The notes under the pieces: model-generated
The model's database searches: none
Told to the model about the DNA's origin: nothing
The model's input: only the letters and a program-made list of their open reading frames with translations
Shown: in pieces, positions 51,645 to 63,600 of the stretch
How the letters are laid out: each line of letters begins with the position of its first letter
Numbering within the stretch: the first letter of the stretch is position 1
From: Candidatus Oxydemutatoraceae bacterium
GTDB taxonomy: Bacteria; Pseudomonadota; Gammaproteobacteria; Poriferisulfidales; Oxydemutatoraceae
Reading direction: 5' to 3'
NCBI GenBank assembly: GCA_965218975.1
Contig: OZ244717.1
Location: 1,760,001-1,824,000 of the forward strand
DNA length: 64,000 nucleotides
Translations under genes and position numbers: made by a program

Positions 51645-54600
51645 TCAACGTAATCTTTGAGGTAACAATCGCCGAATCGGTCTTACATTCCGGCGCTTCA
51701 AGACCATCGCCGCCAAAATGATACCGACGAACAGAAGCAGCCACCACAAGCCGACTGCACCGCCGCCACCGCCGACTCTTGCGACAAACTGCACCAACGC
51801 GCCCGGATCAAAGATAATCCCGTTGACTCTCCCGTCGGAGTCATTGACCGAACCGTCCTCAATTTCCAGCAGCAAACACTCATCGTCTGCACGAACACCG
51901 CCGGAGACCAATCGCCACGCATAGTCGGCACTCAGACCGCCGCCCGCATCTGGCTCGCGGCTGGCTTGCGCACTCGGACACGGCGCCGGCGCGCTGTAAA
52001 TCCTATCGTTGCTACTCGTATTGAATTCTGTCCAGCCGTCATCCGGTTGATACTTGTAGTAACGCGACCCTTCCTGCGCCGCCGCGGACAATTCAACCAC
52101 GACCGTCGCAACACCGCCGGTCAAATCGGCAGCGATGAAATCAAACACGCCGCTCTCTACCTCCGCAACTTCGCGACCGTCCGGTAACGGCGGAAGATTC
52201 AGAATCGCGTTGCTTGTGATACGCGCTACGCCGACGCTCGCTTCATCCGCTTGCTTGTAAGCGTAAAAACCGGTCAGCAATGTCCCCGTCGTTGCCAGCG
52301 TCAAGTCGGCATCAATCATGCCTAATTCATCCGCAACATCGCCGAGCGCATGAATACTTGCCGTCACTTCCTGATTCGTCGACATCATCACTTGAAAAAT
52401 GTACGGGCTGAAATCCGCATCTTCAAGCGAAATGACCCGCTCTTCACCTTCACGGTCAACAGCCTTAAGCTCATTGTCGCTCAAGTCAATGACCAATTCT
52501 CTTACCGCATCTTCGGACATGCCCGCCAACTCAAACATCGCCGTCGCTGTGCTATATACGAACACATCAACCATATAATCGTTCGTCAGCGTAATCGTCG
52601 TCACTTGATCAAACACAATCAACTCCGCCGACAGTCCCGGGTCCACAGACTCAATCGGATTGATACCCGCCTCTTTTGCCTCAATCAATCTCAGCGCATT
52701 GTTGCCCAACGCAAATAGCTCGTGCATGGTGAGCATCGCTTCGGTGACCGCGTTCAAATCAGAATCGGCGCCGCTAAAAGCAACTCCGTTGATTGCCGTA
52801 AGCCGAAGAATGTCTCCCGCCGACAATGTACCAATGTTTACCGTGCTCGTGCCGCGCCCGTCTTCAAAAGGAACGCTCGGACTAACCCCCGCTTCAAAAT
52901 CAAGATTGATTGAGCTCGGCACATCGGCATCGTCCGACGTTAATAACAGCACGTCAGCCGACGCGGTATCAGACGCAATCGCTTGCAAGCCGGAAGCGAA
53001 TCCGAGCGGCGGCGCGACATAAATCTTTTGGCTTGTTGCCCGAACAATCAGGCCATTGTCGTCTCTGACATCGGCCCAATACAACACGCTGCCGAATACC
53101 GGCGCCTGAACCGTCGAGTCTTCCGCCAACGGCCCGGACAAAACATCGCAGTCGAATTGATACGACGGTTCGCTCGCCACAGAATCATTGACAATACAAG
53201 CACGCAACGAAGGATTAAATCTGACCAACAAAGCAGTCGCATCAATGCTCGCGCCGTCGTTACGCTGGCCCGGAATGACGATATAGCGCTCGATTTCGGA
53301 CGGAATCACTGCGCCCGGAGTGAAATTTCCGAGGACTGCCGGCGTCAAATCAGCAATGCGTTCAACCGGACTGACGTCGCTGATGATCGTGAGCGTTTTT
53401 TTACCGATTGTATCGGCGCCATGCAATGCGGTTATCTCGATCGCTTCATCCGCCTCAATTTCCGTGTCGTCTGTTACCGTTATCGTCGCGGTTACCGAAG
53501 AGGCCCCCGCCAGCAAAGTCAACTCATACGGCGACGACAACGGCGAACCGTCAACCGATACCGTATAGTCGTCTTCAGGCGTTGCCGTGCCGGTAAACTC
53601 TAACGTGATCGTTTGATCCTCAGCAAATACCGATTCGTTCGTGATCTCTAGCGTAATATCAATTGATTCGCCTTCGTCAATCGTTACCGCGCTCACCGAT
53701 AAATCCAACTCCGGCACCGCATCGTTGTCGATGATCGTGACTGTTTGAACTTCGCCGATTGTGTCGGCACCATGTCGCGCGGTTAGTGTGATCGTCTCAT
53801 CCGCTTCGTCCGCTCGGTCGTCTGTCGCCATGATCGTTGCGGTTACCGAAGACAACCCCGCCGGCAAAGTCAACTCATACGGCGACGACAACAGCGAATC
53901 TCCGACCATTACCGTATAGTCGTCCTCAGGCGTCGCCTCGCCGGTAAACTCTAACGCGATCGTTTGATCTTCGGCAAATACCGATTCGTTCGTGATCTCT
54001 AGCGTAATATCAACCGATGCGCCTTCATTGATTTCGGTTGCGCCGACCGACAGGGACAATACCGGCGCATCATCGTTGTCGATGATCGTGACTGTTTGAA
54101 CTTCGCCGATTGTGTCGGCACCATGTCGCGCGGTTAGTGTGATCGTCTCATCCGCTTCGTCCGCTCGGTCGTCTGTCGCCATGATCGTTGCGCTTACCGA
54201 AGACAACCCCGCCGGCAAAGTCAACTCATACGGCGACGACAACAGCGAATCTCCGACCATTACCGTATAGTCGTCCTCAGGCGTCGCCTCGCCGGCAAAC
54301 TCTAATGTGATCGTTTGATCTTCGGCAAATACCGATTCGTTCGTGATCTCTACTACAACATCGGTTGATGCGCCTTCATTGATTTCGGTTGCGCCGACCG
54401 ACAGGGACAATACCGGCGCATCATCGTTGTCGATGATCGTGACTGTTTGAACTTCGCCGATTGTGTCGGTACCATGTCGCGCGGTTAGTGTGATCGTCTC
54501 ATCCGCTTCGTCCGCTCGGTCGTCTGTCGCCATGATCGTTGCGGTTACCGAAGACAACCCCGCCGGCAAAGTCAACTCATACGGCGACGACAACGGCGAA

Positions 54601-57600
54601 TCTCCGACCATTACCGTATAGTCGTCCTCAAGCATCGCATCGCCGGCAAACTCTAACGTGATCGTTTGATCTTCGGCATATACCGACTCGTTCGTGATTC
54701 CCACTTCAATATCAGTCAATGCGCCTTCATTGATTGCGGTTGCACCGACCGTCAGAGACAATACCGGCGTCGTATCGTCGTCAATGAGCGTGATCGTCTG
54801 AGTCGTATCGCTGCCTATCGTAACGTCCGGGTCCGTCGTAGTTAATCGCAGCTCAATCGTCTCGGCTCCCTCAAACACCGCGTCGTCCATTATCACTAAG
54901 CCGAATACGACCGTTCTATCTGACGGCGCAGGGAATGTAAGCGGTAGCGCGAACGGACCGTCCTGCATATCCGTGATGACGTAGTCTTCGCCGAACGTCG
55001 CCGTCCCCCCCAACTCAAGCGTCAGCGGATATTCCCTGTCAATATCATGCATCCGCCTCATCACAATCGGCACCACTGTGTCCCTACTTTCACTGACACT
55101 ACTCGGCAACATGTCCAAACTCCAGATAGGAGGCAAATCGTCATCAATGATGGTAACCGTCGCTACGCGCCCCTGACCGGTCACCACCTCATCGTCGCTA
55201 TGAAACGTCGTTACACCGGAAATCCTCAACGAAAAGAATTCTTCGGTTTCGAAGACATCGTCATCGATAATGAAATACTGCACAGTTCTCATCAGAACTG
55301 ATATAGGAGTATAGATAGTAACACTAACTCTCGGGGAATAATCCTCATGAAGGACCGCGCTGCCGTCGCTTGCCGTTAAGTCAACGTTTATATTGCCGCG
55401 CAGCGGTCTTTCGTCGCTCAGTCTGAGTTCGAACCTTACCTCTCTATCGCTTTCATTGACCATATACTCGGTCGTGACGAACGAGATCGTTAACGGCCCG
55501 TCGTTGTCGTTCACCCGCACCTCGGCACTATTCTCAATACCGACCGCATAATCCACACCGTCGTTCACGGTAACCGTCACCGTGCTGTCGTCTTCTTCAA
55601 GCGTATCATCAATGGTGGCAAGGTTGAGCACCGTTGTCGCAGAATCGGCGTCAAAAGTAATCGTATCAGGCGCCGCATCCGCAAGCACTCCGCCGGAATC
55701 GTCTACCGTAATGTTCACCGTCAATGCCAGCGCATCCGTCGCGTCGGTCCGGGTGAACGTGAACATCGCCGGCTCGCCTTCCGTGACCGTCGGGTCTTCC
55801 GCCGTAATCGTGATCGTCGTCGGCACATCAAGCACCGTCACCGTAATCGCTTGCGTCGTCGTCAACGCCCGAGCGTCCGTGCCGCCGATTGCCGTCACGG
55901 TGAGCATATAAACGTTATCCGTATCATCCGCATCCACCGGATTCTCATAGTCCGGTACGGTGACAAAACTCAACTTGCCCGAAGACGAATCAATAGTAAA
56001 CTGATCTTGATCCGCGCCGTTGGTAATCGAATACGTCACTTCGTCCTCTATGTTCGCATCCGCAGCCGTCACCGTGCCGACTACCGTCTCTCCTTCGTTG
56101 ACCTCAAAACTTTCCGCACTGCTGAATACCGGTGCCACGTTGACGTCAATCACCCGCACCTCGGCGCTATTCTCAATACCGACCTCATAACCCACACCGT
56201 CGTTCACGGTAACCATCACCGTTCTGACACCAAACGCCTCATCAATGACGGTGGCAAGGCTAAGCACCGTTCTCGCAGAACCGGCGTCAAAAGTCGCCAT
56301 ACCAGGCAGCGCAGTCGCAAGCGCTCTGGCAGGATCATCTACCGTAATGTTCACCGTCAATGCCGGCGCATCCGTCGCGTCGGTCCGACTGAATGTAAAC
56401 ACCGCCGACTCGCCTTCCGTGACCTCTGCTTTGTCCGCCGTAATCGTGACCGTCGTCGGCACATCAAGCACCGTCACCGTAATCTCTTGCGTCGTCGTCA
56501 ACGCTCGAGCGTCCGTGCCGCCGATTGCCGTCACGATGAGCATATAAACGTTATCCGTATCCGCATCCGCCGCATTCTCAAAGTCCGGCGCGGTGACGAA
56601 ACTCAATTCACCTGAAGACGAGTCAATTGCAAACAGAGCATCATCCGCCCCGCCGGTAACCGAATACATCACCTCGTCTTCTATGTTCGCATCCGCAGCC
56701 GTCACCGTGCCGACTACCGTCTCCCCTTCGTTGACCGCAAAACTTGCTGCACTGGTGAATGCCGGCGCCACGTTGACGTCGTTGTCGACAACCCGCACCT
56801 CGGCACTATTCTCAATACCGACCGCATAATCCATATCGCCTATGACGGTAACCGTCACCGTGCTGTCGTCTTCTTCAAGCGTATCGTCGTCGGTGGCAAG
56901 ACTGAGCTCCGCTGTCGCAGAATCGGCGTCAAAAGTCACCATTTCAGGTGCCGCTGCCGCAAGCACCCCGTCGGAATCATCTACCGTAATGTTCACTGTC
57001 AATGCCGGCGCATCCGTCGCGTCGGTCCGGCTGAACGTGAACACCGCCGGCTCGCCTTCCGTGACCTCTGCATCGTCCGCCGTAATCGTGATCGTCGTAG
57101 CCACATCAAGCACCGTCACCGTAATCGCTTGCGTCGTCGTCAACGCTCGAACGTCCGTGCCGCCGGCCGCCGTCACGATGAGCATATAAACGTTATCCGT
57201 ATCCGCATCCGCCGGATTCTCATAGTCCGGTGCGGTGGCGAAACTCAACTCGCCCGAAGACGAGTCAATTGCAAACAGAGCATCATCCGCACCGTCGCCG
57301 GTAACCGAATACATCACCTCGTCTTCTATGTTCGCATCCGCAGCCGTCACCGTGCCGACTACCGTCTCCCCTTCGTTGACCGCAAAACTTGCTGCACTGG
57401 TGAATGCCGGCGCCACGTTGACGTCGTTGTCGACAACCCGCACCGAAGCACTGTTCTCAATACCGACTTCATAAAAACCCGTATCGTCGACACCAACGGT
57501 AACCGTCACCGTGCTGTCGTCTTCTTCAAGCGTATCATCAATGGTGGCAAGACTGAGCTCCGCTGTCGCAGAACCGGCGTCAAAAGTCACCATTTCAGGT

Positions 57601-60600
57601 GCCGCTGCCGCAAGCACCCCGTCGGGATCATCTACCGTAATGTTCACCGTCAATGCAGGCGCATCCGTCGCGTCGGTCCGGCTGAACGTGAACATCGCCG
57701 GCTCGCCTTCCGTGACCGTCGGCTCTGCCGCCGTAATCGTAATCGTCGTAGGCACATCAAGCACCGTCACCGTAATCGCTTGCGTCGTCGTCAACGCCCG
57801 AGCACCCGTGCCGCCGGCCGCCGTCACGATGAGCATATAAACGTTATCCGTATCCGCATCCGCCGGATTCTCATAGTCCGGTGCAGTTGTGAAGCTCAGT
57901 TCGCCCGAAGACGAGTCGATATCAAACAGGGCATCATCCGCACCGCCGGTAACCGAATACGTTACCTCGTCTTGCGGGTTCGCATCCGCAGCCGTCACCG
58001 TGCCGACTACCGTCTCCCCTTCGTTGACATCAAAACTTGCTGCACTGATGAATGCCGGCGCCACGTTAACGTCGTTGTCGACAACCCGCACCGAAGCACT
58101 GTTCTCAATACCGATCCTATAGCCCGCACCGTCTATGATGGTAACCGTCACTACGCTGTCATCTTCTTCAAGCGTATCATCAATGGTGGCAAGGCTAAGC
58201 ACCGTTCTCGCAGAACCGGCGTCAAAAGTCACCATACCAGGCGCCGCATCCGCAAGCACCCCGTCGGGATCATCTACCGTAATGTTCACCGTCAATGCAA
58301 GCGCATCCGTCGCGTCGGTCCGGCTGAACGTGAACATCGCCGGCTCGCCTTCCGTTACCATCGGCTCGTCTGCCGTAATCGTGATCGTCGTCGGCACATC
58401 AAGCACCGTCACCGTAATCTCTTGCGTTGTTGTCAACGCCCGAACGTCCGTGCCGCCGGCCGCCGTCACAATGAGCATATAAACGTTATCCGTATCCGCA
58501 TCCGCTGCATTCTCATAGTCCGGTGCGGTGGCGAAACTCAATTCGCCCGAAGACGAGTCAATTGCAAACAGAGCATCATCCGCCCCGCCGGTAACCGAAT
58601 ACATCACCTCGTCTTCTATGTTCGCATCCGCAGCCGTCACCGTGCCGATTGCCGTCTGTCCTTCGTTGACCTCAAAACTTTCCGCACTGCTGAATACCGG
58701 TGCCACGTTGACGTCAATCACCCGCACCTCGGCGCTATTCTCAATACCGACCTCATAATCCACACCGTCGTTCACGGTAACCATCACCGTTCTGACACCA
58801 AACGCCTCATCAATGACGGTGGCAAGGCTAAGCACCGTTCTCGCAGAATCGGCAGCAAAAGTCACCGTATTAGGCGCCGCTGCCGCAAGCACTCCGTCGG
58901 GATCATCTACCGTAATGTTCACCGTCAATGCCAGCGCATCCGTCGAGTCGGTCCGCTCAAACACGAACACCGCAGGCTCGCCTTCTGTTACCGCCGGCTC
59001 CTCTGCCGTAACCGTGATCGTAGTAGCCACATCAAGCACCATCACCGTAATCGCTTGCGTCGTCGTCAACGCCCGAACACCCGTGCCGCCGATTGCCGTC
59101 ACGATGAGCATATAAACGTTATCCGTATCCGCATCCGCCGGATTCTCATAGTTCGGTGCGGTGGCAAAACTCAACTCACCCGAAGACGGGTCAATGGTGA
59201 ACAGGGTGCCATCCGCACCGCCGGTAACCGAATACATCACCTCGTCTTCTATGTTCGCATCCGCAGCTGTCACCGTGCCCACTACCGTCTCCCCTTCGTT
59301 GACATCAAAACTTGCTGCACTGATGAATGCCGGCGCCACGTTGGCGCTGATATCAACGATGGTCACCGTTCGAACGACCGCATCGCCCGCATAGCTCGCA
59401 GTCACCTCAATCGTCTCATCCGCCTCCGCTTCCGCATCGTTCAAGGTCGCAATCATCGCCGTTACCACGGATGCCTCCGCCGCCAAAGTCAACTCAAACG
59501 GCGGCAACAACGGCGCGCCTTTGACCGATAACGTATAGTCCGCCTCGTCTCCGCGCGTTGCCGTGCCGGCAAACTCCAACGTAACCGTCCGCTCTGTCGT
59601 CGATAGAAATTCCTCGCGGATGCTCACCGTGATCTCAGCCGATGCGCCTTCCGCTATGCTTGCCGGGCGAATCGACAAATCCAATGCCGACAGAGGATCA
59701 TCGTCGATGATGGTTACCATTGCCGTGCTGCGATCAATCACGACCGTATCGCCGCTGCCTGTCGCCGTCGCCCTGGACACCGCTGCCATAAACGTTTCCT
59801 TGCCTTCGCCGAGACGATCATTCACGATCGGTATATAAACCGCGCGCAACACTTCGCTGCCGTCCGCGGAAACCGGTGAGAAAAAGCCCGGCGGCCCGAC
59901 GACTTCCTCAAAAAGAGGCGGCAAATAATCTTCTACGGCTACCGCGCCGATGTCTTGCGTTGAGACAAAGAAGGTAATGTCGTCTCGCGGCGCACGCCCG
60001 CCGGTTATCTTGAGCATCAGGGTTACCAATCCGTCATCCTCGCGCGCCGAATATGCGCTGCGCTCAAACGACAGACGGAACTCTTCTTCCGGCGTCATCG
60101 CCGTGACTCGCGCCGGTGCGCTGCCGCCTGCTGCGCTGACTGCGCGCACTTCAAAAACATACTCGGTGCCGCCGGTTAAGTCTGTCACCGCTTGAACCGT
60201 CATCCGAGTCGCCGCATCCGCAGCATGCGTCCAATCCGGATCCCAGACTTTTCCGCCGTCGCTGCTCGCACGATACTCGTAACGATTGATCGGCGAAGTG
60301 CCGGAGTCGGCAGGTGCTTCCCAGCTCAACTCTACCCGTTGATGACTCTCCACCGCTGCCGCCAAGTTCGTCGGTGTGCCGGGTGCTGCGTCGTTGTCAA
60401 TAATCGTTACTTTCAACGTGCTGGCGGCTCCGACAGTAATAGCTTTACCTCTGTTTGGCAATAATTCCAGGATGAAAAACTCATTGCCTTCCGCCGACAA
60501 ATCGTCTTCGGTCGTGAGCACGCGCTGTACTCCCGGCAGAGTCTCAAGAAGAGAAGGGTTGCACCCTTGCTGAGGAAAGAAACCAAAACCGTCCGTTTGC

Positions 60601-63600
60601 CCGTCGGCACCTGTTGCCGACAAAACACAGCTGCCCTCGCCGGCATATATGTTCTCAAACGTAAACGTGCCTCGGAATCGGTATCCGCTGCCGTCGTCGG
60701 ATAAAATGTATCCCGATGCGAAGAGCGTAAAGAAGATCCCACCACTTCTGGTGATGTTTAAGCCGAAATAGTCGCTCGGACTTACGGCGCTACCGTCCAT
60801 CGTGCGAATATGAATGCCTGGATATCCGAAAATCAGTATGTCACCAAGGGTCTCAGCAAAGATTGTAATCGGGTAAGCCTCGCCTTCATTGATTGTTATC
60901 TCCGTTTGCGCAAAACTTAAAGTTTGAGGGATGATATCGTCATCAGACACGCTCAAAACCGCGCTGCTTGCCGGTGGCGAAACGATATAGCCGGCGCCGG
61001 GCAACAGCATTATGGTTATAAACTGCGCCGGTTCGGGGTCATCGTTATCTCTAATACGGACCGGCAGTTCCGCCGTCGGTTCGCCGGCGGCGAAAACCAC
61101 CGTGCGCGTCGTTACTTCAAAGGTATAGGGACGTAAACCGGTGAGAAAGATATCACCGTCGGCGAAGGTCACCGTGCGCGTCGTCCCTTCCGGCAGCGGC
61201 AGCCGCACATCCGGTCGCGACACTGTCACGTCCACCGACAACACTTCGTCTCCGCCGCCGGTGCGCCGCAAAGTAAAAACGCCGCGACCGGCATTTTCAA
61301 GTTCAGTAAGACGAGAAGGTGAAATCGATATCTCGGGCAAGACGCCGACCGTCAGTGTCGCGGGGTCAATCGTCGCGTTGGCAGCGGTGATTGTCGCGGT
61401 CAACGTGCCGGGCCTCGCCTCAAGCGTCGCGTCCAAACGCACTTCGGCCGTCATGTTCTGCGCGGTGAACATTACCGGCGACAGCGTCATTATTCCCGCT
61501 TCCGTATAGGAAAACTCCACGCTCAGACGCTCGTCTTCGCCCAGCGCCGAGAGACCCAGCGGTGTCTCATTCGCAGTCAGAGACAATACCACCGTTGTCG
61601 AACCGCCCACGTCCAGTGTTTGATTGTCCGGGGCGAATGCCAGCGTGAATTTGCGCGCGACCGTTTCCACCGACAGCGGAGCGGACAACGTAGCGACTTC
61701 GTCGGCCAATTCGGAGGTAATGACCACTTCGCCGATTGCAGGAGCAGTGTAAGGCGCGGTAATGGTAAACAAGGCGCTCGACATCGTCGGCGTCAGCGTG
61801 AATTCGGTCGCGCTGAGCTCGAACTGCGTCGACTCCAACGTTACGGTAATGCTTTGCTCCGCCGGCATGCCGTCCGGGGTTTGCATCACCAAATACACTT
61901 CTGTCGAAGCACCGGCAAGTACCTGCGCCGTGTCGCCTGCTCCGATCGGTTGATCCGGCGATAGCGCAAACGCGACCGCATCGTTGTCAATAATGATGAC
62001 TGTTAACGTGTCGTTTTCGATACGTAGGGGTCGGCTAGGGGAATCAGATATTAAGTTTTCTAGAATAAAATCCTCGTTTTTCTCTGCCGACAGATCGTCT
62101 TCTGTGGATAAGAATCCTCCCTTGGTGGGCAAACCATCTTCATCAACGGCATTGATTATATTGCCGGAAATCCTGTCAGAAAAGCCGGTATTATCCTCCT
62201 CCAACGTAACTAAAATGATACCCTCGCCTACGTTCTCAAATATGAATGTGCCTTTGTATATGTATCCGCCGTTCCCGTCAGGGGATCGTGAGAAACCCCG
62301 TCCAACTACTCTGATCTCAAAGGACGTTGTAATCTGAGGGTTATAATCGTAGTCGTCCGGCGCCGTCGCGGTGCCGTCTCTTATGTCCCCAATTATCACA
62401 AATTCATTCTCTGATAATGCTGCTAGCTGTTCGTCGCGAACTGTCGCACAGGAGACTCTAAGCCTATAATTCTCACCTTCGATGACTTCAATGCGCGTCG
62501 TCGCAAAGCCGCAAACCGTCTCGGGCAAGTCGTCATCACGCACGGTAACTTCAGCGCTTTGCGCCATCGGTGCAATCGTATAATCCGCGCTAGGCAACAG
62601 CGTCGCAGTCTGCGTCGTATCCGGATTCCATCCGTCTATTTCAACGGTATCAACCTGAAACTCTTTTACCGCCGCACCGTCGGCGAAAGTGACCGTGCGC
62701 GTTGCGGACTCTCCCAATCGCTCACCGGCCAGCGCCACCATGACTTCCAATCGTCCGATGCTGTCCGTACGTCGTAATTCAAAGAAAGGACCAAACGCTT
62801 CCCTAACAAGTTCGCCGCCGACAGATCCAGAAAATAAGGGATCCATCCGCTGCGGCGCCACAAAAATCCCCACTGTCGGCACGATGTCAATCGGCAACTC
62901 CAACTCAACCACCGCGTTCGGCGTGTCTATGACCGTCGCGGTCAAGGTGCCGGTGGTCGCGTCAACCGCCGCTTCCATAAAAATCAGCTCGAATAAGTCA
63001 TCTTGAGCGAACGTCGCTGTTGACGGTTCGATCATTACGCCCTCGCCCGTATAGGAGAACGCCACCGTCAAAACCTCGTCTTCGCCCAGCATCGGAATAC
63101 CCAACGGCGTCTCGATTGCGCTCAGAGACAAATCGAACGACTCCGAAACGCCGCCGGCGATCAGCGACAAGCCGTCCACTGAAAATTCCAGCGCAAACGG
63201 ACGTGCGACCACTTCCACCGGCAACGGTTCAAGCGACAGCGTCCCTTCTCTCCCGTCTCCGATCGCAGTGCTAACCTCGATGGTCACTTCGCCGGTCGTG
63301 GCGGCATCGTAAGGCACGTTAACGGTAAACGGCATGCTCGGTGCCGCCGACGTCAGCGTGAACTCGGTCGCATCGAGCTCAAACTGCGCCGACCTCAACG
63401 TCACTCGATCGTCCGGTATCGATAGGAGCGCCATAAGCTCCTCCGAAACATTTAAGGGCCGCATCACCACATACAACTGTGTCGATGTGCCGGCAAGCAC
63501 CCGCAGCGTGTCACCTTCGCCTAAGGGTTGATCGGGCGATACGGCAAACGCGACCCGATCCTTGTCGAGGACAAAAATTTCAAAAGTGGACAGAGAAAAC

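Noticed and set aside
55851-59531. Long plus-strand ORFs (254 aa, 800 aa and many shorter)
   Set aside because: Antisense shadows of the repetitive adhesin; Arg/His-rich composition that mirrors the repeat period
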